A stretch of DNA of 32,000 nt from Mycoplasmoides pneumoniae FH (GCF_001272835.1 NZ_CP010546.1:542809-574808), one strand, 5' to 3'. Counted from the stretch's first letter, positions 10,894 to 21,290 are shown. Made by a program: numbers and translations. The notes: generated by a model from the sequence alone, not told the origin.

Positions 10894-13800
10894 CTATTTA
10901 TTTTCGGGAATAAAACCATAGTCACGGATGGTACCGTTACCCGATGGCGCACTGCGGAATTGGAACCATGGTTTGAGCAGCGTTGGTGATGTTTCGTTCA
11001 ACCCAGCTGCTGGTACGGGTAAAACCGGGAAGTAAGAGTCGACTACGGTAATTAAGAACTTAGCGTTATCGGTGTCTTTTTCCGCTCAAATACTGTTAAA
11101 GCGGTTGAGCTGGGCGGCGTTCTTATAGATATCTTTCAACTCGTAACCAATGAAATCTTCGTTTTTACTTGGTTTATTTGTACCGTTCTCTATCTTGTCA
11201 CGCTTTCCAAGGTACTTATTTGGATCTTTGATAGCTTCCTTTACTTTTTCTTTGTCTAGAATGCCATTATCCACTAAGAATTTGAGCAAGCTTAAAGCCT
11301 TTTTGGTGAACTCTAAAGATGCTTGAGTGCCGTTACCACTAGTTGTAGAACCGGTGCTTCTTTGTGCAGCTTGTGCTTTAGCATCACCAAAGTTCTTTAG
11401 TACGTAAGGGTCATCTTTGAAGAGGTCAGCGGAAGTTACGTCATCCCACTTTTCTTCTTCAGTATTACTCTTGCTGCTATCTTGAGATGAATCTGCTTTC
11501 TTAACAGTCACATCAGATGTGGTTGAAGCTGTATTTTGTTGATCTATTTTTTGTGTGAATTTACTATGTACATCTTTTTGACTCGCAGCTAACAACAACG
11601 TACGTACAATGTGAGCGCCCGAGGAGTAGGTAATAACATCACCGCCACCTTGATCGTTCAATTGGGTGGCTGCGTCCAATCAGGTACCCACACCATCATA
11701 GTCAGGGCTTCAGGAACTAAAACCTAACACCGAGGACAACCCAATGTACCACTCATTTCGAGTTGGTCCTTGGGCATCACCTAAGATAATTTCTGGTACT
11801 ATTAGTTTTTCTCCGTTGTCAGCAGTACCCAATTCAGTGAGGGCTTGCTTCACGGCGTTGTAGTAATCCACCCCGTTAGCGGACAGCGAAGAGTTCCCTA
11901 ACTTCATGTTGAAGTGGAGGGGATTGCTACCAGAGAAACCAACCTTCTTTAAAACTTGAACAAAGCTGTGCTTTGTTACGTTTACACTCTTAGCTTCTAC
12001 TGAAGAGGTTTGGTTTTGTTGTGTGTTGTCTGATGTGTTGTTGTTCTTAGCAAACGCTGCAGAGGCAGCTGCTCCAGCCTGACCACTTGTTGCTTTACTG
12101 CTATAATAATTAATCTTAACAGTCGCACTCTCCAAAACGTTTTTATTCTTTTCGTAGTTACCTTCACGCTGTGGAATCAAGCCCAGGCGCTGTTCCTTCT
12201 CGATCTTATAGTAGTAATCGTTCATCAGATCTGAACCTTCGGTAGTTGAGACAGCTTTTTGTTGAACACTTGCACCATTTTTACCCTTTTCCTTAAAGAT
12301 GCCAAAAGGTACGATCGAATAGTTCAGGTCACCGGAGTTTGGCAACAGGATAATCGCTAGGTTTTGTCAGTTAATTAAACCGTTAATGCCAGCGCGAATC
12401 GTTAACGCTTCTTCTGACTCACTGTTGTACAAGAATTTAGCCTCGGTTTCGGTAATGTTGGAGTTAGTTTTAACGGTTTCACCTTCCACTACGTAAGGTC
12501 GTGATGAATAGGTAATCTGGGCACTTTGCGCGGTCTTTTGCACTTTAACCCAGCGTAAGTCCCCCGTACCCGCAAATCGTGACCTAGCATCCTCTTGTTG
12601 GGAGTATGGCACCTCCGCAGAAGATAATCCTCCAGCGATATAGTTGGAGTAAAACACTTCAGGGGTAGCGCCTGGTTGGAAGTAGTTAATCATCGTTGGG
12701 ATGGGTTTTTCGTTTTCTTCCCGCGTTTTTGGTAAGTTGGGGGTTATATGAGTATCATACTCACTGTTACGCTTAAAGACAATCTGGCTCTGGTTAAAAC
12801 TCTCGACATAGTAAGGCCCCACTGATCAAGTATCCCGTCATGCGTTAACCCCACCACCATAGATACCATCAAAGTTAGTTTTGGTTTGGTCTAAGATTTT
12901 CGACCCATTCTTTTCGTTGTAGACCAATGGTGAGTCCTTACCTACCTTAATTGCTTTTACCTTCGGGTGGGTATGAGGAATAGGAAAGAAGAATTCCTTA
13001 GACATCATACTCAACAAGAAGGGGAAGGGCGAGGTGAGGTAGACGTTGAATTTGCTGTCATCAGTGCTTTGATAATCCTCAGGATTGTAAGCATCATCCG
13101 TTATCTTAACAGTTTTTTCTTCACCATCTTTTTCATCAGATGAAGCAACCTTCATTTGAACTTGGGTACCATTCTTCTTGGTCATCCCCACGGTCTTTTT
13201 CACATCCAAACCCATTAAGTCAATGAAGTAACCGTTGCGGTTAAACCTGAGTTCCGATGATAAGATGTAAGCCTCAAAACCGCGTTCAAAGTCTTTGGAA
13301 GAGAGTTTGACATCATTGCCACTAGCGTCCTTTACCGGTTTACCGTTATTGTCGACCCATTTGATACCAGTATCAATGGCGAATTCGTAACGGGTGGCCT
13401 TTTGCGAAATTTCTTGGAATTTTTCTTCCTCAGTAATCGACTTCGATTGTTGATTATTTTGACCGTTACTTGAACTTTGTCTTTTAATTTCACCAATGCA
13501 TTCTCAATCATCTTCACCACTAGTGCTAGTACCACTAGAAGTGGTAGTGCAAGAAGAATTAGTTGAAGTTTTTTGACTTGAAGTAGCTTTATCCTTCTTC
13601 TTATACCCCTTCACTGAGGTAGCCAATTCCAACACCAATTTCTCTTGGGTTTGAGTGGTTACATTGACACCATCATCTTTGTTGGAACCAGTGGCAATGT
13701 AAGTGGTTAGGCCTGCATACTTGCTGCCAAAAAAGGAAGAGGTCGGGGACACGTTGAACATACTCATCGGTACCGAATTGTTCTTTAACAAGTCGGATGC

Positions 13801-13911
13801 GGATGAGGTGACATACACATCGCGGGCTTGGGCAGCGCAGGCACTGAGTGCTACTGCTGAACTTACCCCTAAGGTTGATAACAAACCCCAGTATTTTCGC
13901 TGAAATTTCAT
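10894..13911 (-). CDS. Large lipoprotein / putative membrane protein (about 1005 aa)
   Basis: Five track fragments (13504..13911, 12838..13215, 12367..12822, 11710..12345, 11086..11679) share one frame with TGA=Trp. I traced the frame to TAG at 10894-10896. N-terminus [27 protein letters not shown] has a lipobox (LSAC). Confidence 0.9.
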
Positions 13912-14134
13912 GGATCGTTCATAAATGTTGTTGATGATGTTTATTGCTATATGAAAAACATGGCATGAAAGCCATGTTGAACCATGAGCAACATACTCTT
14001 AGCTGTGAGCTACTAAAAGTGATTTTATTCTAATTTGGGAGCTTGCTAATCTGCGAAATTAAAGCTCAAGTTTCAAAAATTGCTGTTGCAATAAATTAAT
14101 TCTTAATTTAAAGGCTTCAGCAAACGCTAAAACT

Positions 14135-14219
14135 TGGTGCACTCGAAGGGACTTGAACCCCCACTCCGCAATGAAACTAGATCCTAAGTCTAGCGCGTCT
14201 ACCATTCCGCCACGAGTGC
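14135..14219 (-). tRNA. tRNA-Leu (anticodon TAG)
   Basis: GCACTCG/CGAGTGC acceptor, loop CTTAGGA, long variable arm, encoded CCA. Confidence 0.95.
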
Positions 14220-14223
14220 ATAT

Positions 14224-14299
14224 TGGTGCATCTTGAGGGGCTCGAACCCCCGACCCAATGATTAAGAGTCATTTGCTCTACCAACTGAGCTAAAGATGC
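14224..14299 (-). tRNA. tRNA-Lys (anticodon CTT)
   Basis: GCATCTT/AAGATGC acceptor, loop CTCTTAA, encoded CCA. Confidence 0.95.
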
Positions 14300-14311
14300 A
14301 TTAAGGGAAGC

Positions 14312-14387
14312 TGGTGCCGACTATAGGATTCGAACCTACGACCTACTGATTACAAGTCAATTGCTCTACCAACTGAGCTAAGTCGGC
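14312..14387 (-). tRNA. tRNA-Thr (anticodon TGT)
   Basis: GCCGACT acceptor, loop CTTGTAA, encoded CCA. Confidence 0.95.
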
Positions 14388-14388
14388 C

Positions 14389-14464
14389 TGGTGGATTGTG
14401 AGGGGATCGAACCCCCGACCCTATGCTTGTAAGGCATATGCTCTCCCAGCTGAGCTAACAATCC
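14389..14464 (-). tRNA. tRNA-Val (anticodon TAC)
   Basis: GGATTGT/ACAATCC acceptor, loop CTTACAA, encoded CCA. Confidence 0.95.
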
Positions 14465-14471
14465 AGGCTTT

Positions 14472-14546
14472 TGGTGCCGAATACAGGAATTGAACCTGTA
14501 GCCTATGCATTACGAGTGCATCGCTCTACCCTTGAGCTAATTCGGC
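14472..14546 (-). tRNA. tRNA-Thr (anticodon CGT)
   Basis: GCCGAAT acceptor, loop CTCGTAA, encoded CCA. Confidence 0.93.
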
Positions 14547-14547
14547 T

Positions 14548-14624
14548 TGGTGACGCGTACGGGATTCAAACCCGTGAATGCACGCGTGAAAGGCGTGTGT
14601 GTTAAGTCTCTTCACCAACGCGCC
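14548..14624 (-). tRNA. tRNA-Glu (anticodon TTC)
   Basis: GGCGCGT/ACGCGTC acceptor, anticodon stem-loop CACGC-CTTTCAC-GCGTG, encoded CCA. Confidence 0.88.
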
Positions 14625-14632
14625 AAAATTCT

Positions 14633-14707
14633 TGGCGGCCACAACAGGGATCGAACCTGTGACCAACCGGTTAACAGCCGGTTGCTCTACCGCTGAGCTA
14701 TGTGGCC
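14633..14707 (-). tRNA. tRNA-Asn (anticodon GTT)
   Basis: GGCCACA/TGTGGCC acceptor, loop CTGTTAA, T arm ACAGGTTCGATCCCTGT, encoded CCA. Confidence 0.95.
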
Positions 14708-14734
14708 AATAATGCAAGTACAATTCTAGAATTT

Positions 14735-16432
14735 CTAGCCCACTTTAACATCTTCCCGCGGATAAGAAAAGCTGTTTCCTTGAGGGTGTTTTTTAACAAA
14801 AGTGAGTACCGAACTGCTCACCCCGACCTGCCCCATAATCATTAGTAAACCTAACGTTAAGTAGTTAAACAGGTTCCGTGTTGGCTCTAGTGCCATGATC
14901 TTCGTGGCCCCACTAGACAGTCCGACAGTTCCAAAAGCAGAAGTGGTTTCAAACAGGCTGTCGACAAAGCTAAGCGGTTGTTGCATACTTAACGGCAACA
15001 GAATGGCAATAAGAACCACGGACACTAAGCCAAAGACGGCTACCAAGAAGGCATTAATCACCGTTTGCCCGTCAATACTACGCTTAAAGACCTTGACCTC
15101 TTTTTGACCGCGGAACTTCGCTTTTAACGTCAAAAAGATGACCGCTAAAGTAGTAGTGCGAATCCCTCCGGCGGTAGAAGACGGACTGCCCCCGATAAAC
15201 ATCGCAATCACCATAATCCCCTTAATGATGTCAGACTCAGCACTTCAGGGAAACACACTAAAGCCAGCGGACCGGGACGAAATCACCCCAAACCACAGTT
15301 GCATCACCCGACTAGCCGCTGGTATGGGACCAAAGATTAAGCTTTGGAGTTCTTGATTGGATTTATTTTTCAGTCCCTCCACTAAGTAGGCCTTCTCGAC
15401 ATTGAGATGGGCAATCGTATTGGTCAAACTAGTTATAACAATAAACTCCACCATTAACAGCATTAAAAAACACCAAGCCGTGACAATCAGGTTAGTGAGT
15501 ACCGCTAACTTCGTAAACAAACTAAACTGGTGTTTGTAATACTTACCATACAATCGCCGTTTCTTAATCGCTTCATAAGCATCAAATAACACCGGATAAC
15601 CAATGCCACCAAAGATAATTTGGCTAATCGCTAACCACTGGATCACGATGCCCCAGTTAGTGCGATACGGGGCAAACGAATTAGCGCCCAACAGGTCAAT
15701 GCCAGCATTATTAACCGCTGACAAGGAGTGGAAAAAACCATACTGAAAGGCTAAGTTAAGGTTATGAACTACGGGTAATCTTTTGGTGGAATCGACTATG
15801 AGGGCCTTCAATTGGTTGGACACCTTACCACTACTTTGAAAAACACTAGCAGACTCAAACGCGGGGATAAAATAAAACAAAATGGTGTACAGAAAGCCAT
15901 ACAGTAACTCCACCATAAAGAGGAATAACACCGACACCACAATCATTTCACTAGTGGTCCCTAACTTGGAACCACCCCGTTCTGATTGCAACATTAACTT
16001 CTCATAAAAGCTGTACTTGCCCTTCTTGTGTAACTTAAACAGTCTTCAAACAAGGAAAGCAATCACCACAAAACCAATGCCCCCTAACTGCAGTAAAATG
16101 GCCAACACCGTTTGCCCAAACACACTGTAGGTTTCACTCACTACCGTAGTAGAGAGCCCCGTATCACTAAAGGCACTGACCGCTAAAAACAAAGCATCCA
16201 AAAAGCCATAGGAAGCCGTTTGTTTACTGATGGTATGACCCTGTAAATCCACCTCATAGCTAATAACCTTTTGGTAGTCGGTTTTGAGCGCAAACGGGAG
16301 GAAAAGCAGTACAGCCCCCAACAGGATGCAATAGATGTAAAAGTGGAAAATGCGCTGGGAAATACTGTCACCCCACAGGATTAGTTTTAACCAAGCGAGT
16401 AGTTTAGCTTTCTGTTTATGAGCAGCTGTCAT
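14735..16432 (-). CDS. ktrB: KtrB/TrkH-type potassium uptake membrane subunit (about 565 aa)
   Basis: Track ORFs 14735..15214, 15245..15994 and 16046..16432 share a frame across TGA codons. Ktr/Trk selectivity-type segments include GGIGF, SAVNNAGIDLLG and GGSPSSTAGGIRTTT. Confidence 0.93.
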
Positions 16433-16466
16433 GTAAATGACAATATAAATATAATTTTACCAGCAT

Positions 16467-17162
16467 ATGAAACGTGCCGATTTTTGCATTATTGGCCTTG
16501 GTAGGTTTGGGATGCAAGTAGCACATTCTTTAAAAGAGAACAACTTTACCCTGGTTTTGATCGATAATGATCAACACAAAACCAATACTGCTGCCCAGGA
16601 ATTTGACCATGTAGTGTGTTGTGATGGGAGTAACTTAACGGCGTTAGCTGAGCTCCAACTAGAGGAGTTTTCGGCAGTCATAGTTGGGGTAACTAACATA
16701 GAAGCGAGCATTATGATTTGTGCTAACCTTCGGGAATTGGGTCAAAAAAACATTATTGCCCGTGCTAAAAACGAAGTGCATAACCGGGTGTTACGTACTA
16801 TGGGTATTAGGGAAGCTTTGATCCCGGAAAAGATTGTCGGCAAGAACCTTGTCATTCGTTTAATTCACGGCATGGAAACCGAAATTATTAACCTTGGCAA
16901 TGACATCCTCTTTGTTCGCGCTCCGGTGAACAACAAGAAGCTCTTTAATCGTACGTTGGGGGAAATTAACATCCGTGAACACACGAATGCTAACCTCATC
17001 TCAATTATGCGGAATGGCAAAGATGTCGTCTTTCCTTTGGGTCCGAATACCCAGATTCAACCAGGGGATGTAATTACAGCCGTGTGTCAATTAAGTGGCG
17101 TGAACCAGTATTTGCGCTACATTAATCCTAACGACAAGAATAAGTACAAAGCGAGTGAATAA
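16467..17162 (+). CDS. ktrA: KtrA/TrkA-type regulatory subunit of potassium uptake (RCK/TrkA-N)
   Basis: 231-aa ORF starting MKRADFCIIGLGRFGMQVAHSL, a Rossmann GxGxxG motif. Located head-to-head with ktrB. Confidence 0.95.
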   Translation: MKRADFCIIGLGRFGMQVAHSLKENNFTLVLIDNDQHKTNTAAQEFDHVVCCDGSNLTALAELQLEEFSAVIVGVTNIEASIMICANLRELGQKNIIARAKNEVHNRVLRTMGIREALIPEKIVGKNLVIRLIHGMETEIINLGNDILFVRAPVNNKKLFNRTLGEINIREHTNANLISIMRNGKDVVFPLGPNTQIQPGDVITAVCQLSGVNQYLRYINPNDKNKYKASE

Positions 17163-17169
17163 TTAGATC

Positions 17170-18126
17170 ACCCAAGACCCCTCCAATCCTTATCGGTTTG
17201 CCGTTTTACTCGTGCCGCGCAGCGTGGTGTACTATGAGCAGTTGCAAAGGGGATTAGCGCTCCCTAACCAAGGGAGTTCGTCAGGCTCAGACAGCACTAA
17301 CCAAACAGGCGCAATGTTTGGCTTGAAGGTGAAGGATGCAACCGTGGATAGTTCGAATCAATCAACGGAAAGCTTAAAGGGCGAAGAATCGAGTTCCAGT
17401 TCCACCACATCTTCCACCTCCACCACCCAACGTGGGGGTTCGTCAGGGGACACCAAAGTCAAGGCGTTGCAGGTGGCGGTGAAAAAGAAATCGGACTCGG
17501 AGGACAATGGTCAGATCGAACTTGAAACCAACAACCTCGCCAACGCCCCGATTAAACGGGGCTCCAATAACAACCAGCAAGTCCAACTCAAGGCGGACGA
17601 TTTTGGTACTGCCCCTTCCAGTTCGGAATCTGGTCAATCAGGCACCCCCACCCCCTGAACGCCGTGGCTTGCGACCGAGCAAATTCACAAGGACCTCCCC
17701 AAATGATCCGCCTCGATCCTGATTCTGTACGATGCGCCTTATGCGCGCAATCGTACCGCCATTGATCGCGTTGATCACTTGGATCCCAAGGTGATGACCG
17801 CGAACTATCCGCCCAGTTGAAGAACGCCCAAGTGAAACCACCACGGGTTGTGGGACTGAAAGGCGCGCGATGTCCTGCTCCAAACCACCGGGTTCTTCAA
17901 CCCGCGCCGCCACCCAGAGTGGTTTGACCAGGGCCAAGCGGTCGCGGATAATACCCAAACCGGGTTTGATACAGATGACACCGATAATAAAAAGCAGGGC
18001 TTTCGCAAACAAGGCGAACAATCCCCTGCCCCCATCGCCCTCCCGTTTGAAGCGTACTTCGCCAACATTGGCAACCTCACCTGGTTCGGGCAAGCGCTTT
18101 TGGTGTTTGGGATTTGTTTGTCTTAA
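17170..18126 (+). repeat. RepMP4-like copy of P1 adhesin sequence, containing ORF 17212..18126 (GTG start, TGA=Trp)
   Basis: Translation DPSNPYRFAVLLVPRSVVYYEQLQRGLALPNQG...STQRGGSSGDTKVKALQVAVKKKSDSEDNG...HKDLPKWSASILILYDAPYARNRTAIDRVDHLDPKVMTANYPPS...EAYFANIGNLTWFGQALLVFG is recalled P1 adhesin sequence. The frame is intact to TAA 18124-18126. Confidence 0.9.
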
Positions 18127-18150
18127 TTAACTAACAAATTAATAAATAGG

Positions 18151-20216
18151 TCTATGGATTAATTACCTCACCCCCTACACGCCCTTTACGACACCGCTCA
18201 ATGGGGGGCTGGATGTCGTGCGCGCCGCCCATTTACACCCCTCATACGAACTCGTGGACTGAAAGCGGGTGGGACAGAACAAGTTGGTGGCGCTGGTCCG
18301 CTCAGCGTTGGTCAGGGTGAAGTTTCAAGATAGTTCGAGCCAACAAGGCACTGAGAGTAATGGCCAAGACCAAAATGCCCTTAGTTTTGATACCACCAAG
18401 TCCCAACAAGTCTTACAGCAAGCTGGCGATCAATCAGGAACTTCATCTAACTCCACCCAAGAAGACTTCGCCAGCTACATCCTCATCTTTAAAGCCGCGC
18501 CCAGGGCCACGTGGGTGTTTGAACGCAAGATTAAGTTGGCGTTGCCCTACGTTAAGCAGGAAAGTCAGGGTTCCGACGATCAAGGTTCCAATGGTAAGGG
18601 CTCCCTCTACAAAACCCTCCAAGACCTCCTCGTCGAACAACCCGTGACCCCTTACACCCCGAATGCGGGGTTAGTCCGGGTGAATGGGGTTGCTCAGGAT
18701 ACGGTTCATTTTGGTTCGGGTCAAGAATCGAGTTGGAATTCCCAACGTTCCCAAAAAGGCCTTAAAAACAACCCCGGACCCAAAGCCGTCACCGGCTTTA
18801 AGCTCGATAAGGGCCGCGCGTACCAGAAGTTAAATGAAGCTTGACCGGTGTATGAACCCCTGGATTCGACGAAGGAGGGGAAGGAGAAAAACGAATCGGA
18901 GTGGAAGTCTTCCGGGGCGAGTGAGGCAAAAAATGATGCCCCGTTGGTGGGATCAACCGGGAGTCAAATGGCTGCTGTTACAGACAATCAGCAATCAGGT
19001 GATAACAATGGATTGGTATCGCTTGCACAGCGCTCCACTACTGTTGCTGTCCAAAAAAGTGACTCTTCTGGTTCTCAAGGCCAAGGCACAACCGACAACA
19101 AATTCCAAAAATATTTAAACACCACCCAGGCCCTGCACCAGATGGGGGTGATAGTGCCATCTTTGGAAACGTGACCTGGTAAACCAAGTACTGGAATCGC
19201 TACCCGTGCTGCTGGTGGTGTTTCAGTCCAAGCAGCGACCCGGCAATCGACTTCTACAAATGAAGATTTGTCGAATGTAATAACACAGCTTTATCATACC
19301 TCCACGTCCCAACTCGCTTACTTAAATGGCCAGATAGTTGTGATGGGCTCAGACCGGGTACCGAGTTTGTGGTATTGGGTCGTGGATGAGCGAACCACGT
19401 CCGGGAGGGCGACTTGATGAGCCCACACCGAGCTCAACTGGGGCACCGACAAGCAGAAGCAGTTTGTCGAAAACCAGTTGGGGTTTAAAGATGACTCAAA
19501 TTCGGATTCCAAAAATTCGAATTTGAAGGCCCAAGGCCTCACCCAACCCGCCTACCTCATCGCCGGTCTTGACGTTGTGGCCGACCACCTCGTCTTTGCG
19601 GCCTTCAAAGCGGGGGCAGTGGGGTATGATATGACGACTGATTCGAACGCTTCCACCAAAGACCAAGTGCTCGCCTGGTCGACCACGGCCGGATTGGACA
19701 GTGATGGGGGGTACAAGGCCTTGGTGGAAAACACGGCCGGATTGAACGGACCGATTAATGGCTTGTTTACCCTGTTAGACACCTTTGCCTATGTGACCCC
19801 GGTGAGTGGGATGAAAGGGGGGAGTAAGAATACGGAGGCAGTGCAAACCAAGTATCCCGTTAAGGATGATAGTAAGGCGAGTGCCAAAATTGCTTCCTTA
19901 ATTAATGCCAGTCCACTCAACAGTTATGGGGATGATGGCGTGACCGTGTTTGATGCCCTGGGCCTTAACTTTAACTTTAAGTTGGACGAGGCGCGCTTGC
20001 CATCGCGCACCGACCAACTGCTTGTGTATGGGATTGTAAACGAAAGTGAACTGAAGTCCGCGCGCGAAAATGCCCAGTCGACATCCGATGATAATTCAAA
20101 CACCAAAGTCAAGTGAACCAACACCGCCTCGCACTACCTCCCCGTGCCGTATTACTACAGTGCCAATTTCCCCGAAGCGGGTAACAGGAGAAGAGCGGAG
20201 CAGCGGAATGGGGTGA
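18151..20216 (+). repeat. RepMP5-like copy of ORF6 (P40/P90 precursor) sequence
   Basis: WINYLTPYTPFTTPLNGGLDVVRAAHLHPSYELVDWKRVGQNKLVALV...ASYILIFKAAPRATWVFERKIKLALPYVKQESQG...YYYSANFPEAGNRRRAEQRNGV matches recalled ORF6 sequence in one open frame. Confidence 0.88.
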
Positions 20217-20305
20217 TAACAATAAAAAAAGCCATCTACCCAGAGGTAAGAGGCAGACAGCTCCAAAATATTTTTGACGATTGGAAAACTAACAAAAGCC
20301 GTTAG
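18212..20305 (+). CDS. ORF carried by the RepMP5-like copy, ending in a short unrelated C-terminal tail
   Basis: Track ORFs 18269..18844, 18848..19174 and 19478..20116 share a frame. I traced it across TGA codons to TAG 20303-20305. The first in-frame GTG is at 18212; the true start, if expressed, is unknown. Confidence 0.6.
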
Positions 20306-20354
20306 TTTGATGTAGAGGCAAAACTATGAATTCACTAAATTTATTTAAATCAGC

Positions 20355-20399
20355 GGGAGCAGGCTCGTTTTTTCAACACAAGTCACTCTGCCTGCTCCC
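20355..20399. repeat. Perfect 10-bp inverted repeat GGGAGCAGGC / GCCTGCTCCC with a 25-nt loop
   Basis: Read directly; GC-rich arms in an AT-rich intergenic region. Confidence 0.75.
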
Positions 20400-20594
20400 A
20401 CTAAATAAATTGAGACAGATTTTCAAAGTAGCCAAAGAGTTTGAATATTTTTGCAATTTGGGTTTTTAATACCTTCTAACTATTAATAGGAACTTTTCTT
20501 ATTAATAAGAACTTTTTTGAAAAAAGTTTTGAAGTTGTTTTGGTGTCTTTACTAACTTTAAGCAATTTAGTTAGTGTAAGCACAAAGACTCGTT

Positions 20595-20702
20595 ATGTGT
20601 AATGTTTTTATTAATTTAGCAAAACAGCTGAACTTAGTTGGCAGCAGTGCTGCAAGTTTTAGTGACTTTTCAAACCTTGCAAAGAAAGGAGGTATTACTT
20701 AA
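20595..20702 (+). CDS. Small ORF (35 aa) upstream of and overlapping the DUF16-type gene by TAATG
   Basis: ATG 20595 to TAA 20700-20702 encodes MCNVFINLAKQLNLVGSSAASFSDFSNLAKKGGIT. It is below the track cutoff. The stop overlaps the next ATG by one base. Confidence 0.45.
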   Translation: MCNVFINLAKQLNLVGSSAASFSDFSNLAKKGGIT

Positions 20703-21232
20703 TGAAAGAGAAAATTCCGTTTTATAACGAAAAAGAATTCCATGACATGGTGAAAAAGACCAAAAAGGGCACTTTTTCAGGTTGATACATCATTAATCCA
20801 GAAAACAACAGTGTGGAATTCTCTGGCAAATTCAACAGACAATTTAAACTTAACAAACCGGTTATACCAGTGAACACGGAATACGTAACGCGTAAAGAGT
20901 TCAACGAGTACAAAAACTCAAACAACCAACGACTTACAAAGATTGAAACCACTTTGGCCGCCCAAGGTGAACAAATCAACAAATTGACTCAAACTGTTGA
21001 AAAACAGGGCGAGCAAATCAATCAATTAGTTCAAGTTGTGCTTCTTCACGGCGAGCAAATTAACAAACTGACTCAAACTGTTGAAAAACAGGGCGAGCAA
21101 ATTAGAGAACTTCAAGTAGAGCAAAAATTTCAGGGTGAACAAATAAAAGCTCAAGGAAAAACGCTTAAGTCGATCCTACAAGCGCTTGGAGGAATAAATA
21201 AACGCTTGGACAAAATTGATCCACCTAAATAG
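20702..21232 (+). CDS. DUF16/UPF0134-type coiled-coil protein (176 aa)
   Basis: ATG 20702 preceded by [55 protein letters not shown]... is followed by heptad-rich [14 protein letters not shown] repeats. One TGA=Trp upstream of the 139-aa track ORF. Confidence 0.88.
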
Positions 21233-21255
21233 TTTTTGGGATAATAACAAAAGTG

Positions 21256-21290
21256 CCAGCAGTTAATCTTAAAGATTAATTGCTGGTATT
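21256..21290 (+). terminator. Hairpin CCAGCAGTTAATCT taa AGATTAATTGCTGG followed by TATTTT
   Basis: Near-perfect 14-bp inverted repeat with one G-U pair and a T-rich tail, 23 bp after the DUF16 stop. Confidence 0.65.

Noticed and set aside
13332-13903. Plus-strand ORFs opposite the N-terminal part of the large lipoprotein
   Set aside because: Antisense to a well-supported lipoprotein gene; no independent support.
14526-14723. 65-aa minus-strand ORF over the tRNA cluster
   Set aside because: It is a conceptual translation of tRNA-Asn and tRNA-Glu sequence.
10894-16432. Fragmented ORFs as evidence of widespread pseudogenes
   Set aside because: All breaks are in-frame TGA codons, read as Trp in mycoplasmas; no TAA/TAG interrupts the joined frames I traced.
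17443-18093. Minus-strand ORFs of 91-151 aa and alternate plus-strand ORFs in the RepMP4-like block
   Set aside because: The GC-rich adhesin repeat gives spurious frames; the P1-like frame is intact across the block.
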